From the human T2T-CHM13v2.0 reference genome, Homo sapiens, in NCBI RefSeq assembly GCF_009914755.1, contig NC_060943.1: DNA of 64,000 nucleotides; one strand, given 5' to 3'. The position numbers and the translations under genes were made by a program. The notes under the pieces were generated by a model. That model was given only the letters and a program-made list of their open reading frames with translations, was not told the DNA's origin and did no database searches. Below, piece after piece: positions 62,325 through 64,000 of the stretch (within the stretch, counting starts at the first letter, position 1; each line of letters opens with the position of its first letter).

Positions 62325-62949
62325 TCACTTAACACATCAGCGAGAACCTCTGACACGTGAGGTAATGTCGTCACACCTTCCGAGGATTAGGACGTGGACC
62401 CCTCTACGGAGTCACGACTCTGCCCACCACACCCATGTCCCACAGAGGCTAACACTGGCAACAAGATAGTGTCCAGCAACAGGAGGCTGAGCAGGTAAAC
62501 AGCACTGCACCCACAGGAGAGAAGGGCACCATGCAATACAGTGGCCACCAGCCACAGAGGCTAATTTTTAAGAAAGTTTAAATTAAGTAGGCTGGGCGAG
62601 GTGGCTCACGTCTGTAATCCCAGCACTTTGGAGGCCGAGGCAGGCGGATCACCTGAGGGCAGGTGTTTGAGACCAGCCTGGCCAACATGGCAAAACCCCG
62701 TCTCTACGAAAAATACAAAAATTAGCCGGGCGTGGTGGCGCACGTGTGATCTCAGCTCCTGGGGACGCCAAGGTGGGAGGATCACCTGAGCCCAGGAGGT
62801 CAAGGCTGCAGTGAGCCAAGATCGCGCCACTGCACTCCAGCCTGGGCGACAGAGCCAGATTCTGCCTTTAAAAATAAACGAACAAATAAATAATACAAAA
62901 CAACAAAATAAAGAGTTTAAAAGTCTGGAAGGAAAGCAACATTTACAAG

Positions 62950-63570
62950 GGCCCAGGCTCGCCCTTCCCTCCGAGTGACCTTGGGCCGGTGACCTGGCCG
63001 GCCAGAGCGCAGGTTTGCCCCACTCCGGGCGGGCACTGCGGGTCGGGAGCTACGGGGCCTGGACCCGGGTGCGAGGGGCGGGGGTCTCCGCCGCCTTCCC
63101 GGCCCCTGCGCTGGGGGCCCGCCTTGACCGCGCACGCGGGGCTAGAATGTACTCACTTGAGCAGCACGGCGGCGCCTGCTACCGTGCCCAGCGCCGACAG
63201 CGGCAGCAGGTAGCGGCTCATGCGGGGCCGGGTACAGGCGTCAGGCGTCAGGCGTCCGGGGTCGGCGCGGAGCTTGCTGCACACCAGCCGCCTGGATAGC
63301 TCCGAGGAAGAGCGCGCGACGCAGCCACAGGCGAGCGGAGGCGCAGGCGCGGCTGGGCCCGCGTCCGGAACTGGGCTGCGAGGGGCGGGGCGCGGGCGGA
63401 GGGGGCGGGGATCCTAGGGACGGGACCTATGAGCATCGGTCCTGAGCGCTGTCACAGCTGGGATTGGTGGTTTCAGGAGCCTGTGGGCGTGGCTAGTCCG
63501 GGGGCGGGGCCTATGGTTTGTTCGAATGACGTCACACTTGCCGCAGCGTATAAGGCGCTACGCAGTTCTG
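62950..63570 (-). promoter_or_regulatory. RDH13: RDH13 CpG-island promoter
   Basis: Dense CpG, several GGGGCGGGG boxes (about 63382-63410 and 63501), CCAAT box (ATTGG 63463-63467) and a full CRE TGACGTCA at 63527-63534. Confidence 0.85.
63157..63221 (-). CDS. RDH13: RDH13 first coding exon (MSRYLLPLSALGTVAGAAVLLK)
   Basis: ATG at 63221 and 65 nt to |GTGAGT. In frame with exon 2. Confidence 0.95.
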
Positions 63571-63700
63571 GAGTGAAATAGGTTCGAATCCCACCACTGT
63601 CAATTCCAGACTGTGACCCTCTGTGTGTCTTTCAACTATATCAGCCTATTCCCTCATCTGGAAATGTGTGTTTACCTTCTTCATAGACTTTTGGAGATAA
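63570..63700 (+). mobile_element. MIR-like SINE remnant with an intact Pol III B-box
   Basis: GGTTCGAATCC at 63581-63591 followed by MIR-like ctgtgacc and ctcatctggaaatg. Confidence 0.55.
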
Positions 63701-63779
63701 TTTGAGAATTTCCATGCACAGAAACAAGGATCTAATAGCCTGTGGGTACCCAAGCTCCTGGGGTCCTGCAGGAGAAGGC

Positions 63780-63940
63780 GGCTGGGGGCCTGGACTCCTG
63801 GGTCTGAGGGAGGAGGGGCTGGGGGCCTGGACTCCTGGGTCCAAGGGAGGAGGGGCTGGGAGCATGGACTTCTGGGTCCGAGGGAGGAGGGCCGGGTGCC
63901 TGGACTGCTGAGTCTGAGGGAGGAGGGGCTGGGGGCCTGA
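63780..63940. repeat. MSR1 37-bp minisatellite, about 4 copies
   Basis: Unit gggggcctggactcctgggtctgagggaggaggggct, the chr19q13-enriched MSR1 repeat. Confidence 0.85.
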
Positions 63941-64000
63941 TTCATTCCCAAATTATCAGAATCTCATCCCCATGTCTGGCCCTGCACAGAGATATCTTCC

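Noticed and set aside
63575-63600. tRNA gene suggested by GGTTCGAATCC
   Set aside because: No cloverleaf, acceptor stem or clear A-box. The context is a tRNA-derived MIR SINE.

Overview
Human genomic DNA, recognisable from its proteins as chr19q13.42 at the edge of the leukocyte receptor complex. It holds the last coding exon and 3' end of NLRP2 (+), the complete 8-exon GP6 gene for platelet glycoprotein VI (-, 1020-nt CDS, 339 aa, GP6a haplotype S219/K237/T249/Q317/H322) and the complete 7-exon RDH13 gene (-, 996-nt CDS, 331 aa) with its CpG-island promoter. The exon lengths I read by eye add up to exact in-frame CDSs. Between and inside the genes are a two-LTR HERV-H provirus with a 5-bp TSD, a solo LTR8 and a solo HERV-K LTR5 each nested in an Alu, a 5'-inverted L1, two intronic GP6 VNTRs, an MSR1 repeat and dense Alus. 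Most ORFs in the track are Alu, L1 or VNTR artefacts. No new protein-coding system is evident. The most interesting non-obvious signals are regulatory. They are a phased ETS-motif minisatellite ending in an ETS-CRE composite, followed by plus-strand splice sites that suggest an antisense lncRNA; a 10-bp hairpin pairing the RDH13 intron-4 branch region with its own acceptor; overlapping donors giving a dual-coding GP6 last exon; and a GC-box/ETS/G-run VNTR in GP6 intron 4. Repeat subfamily names come from recalled consensus sequences, not from a RepeatMasker run.
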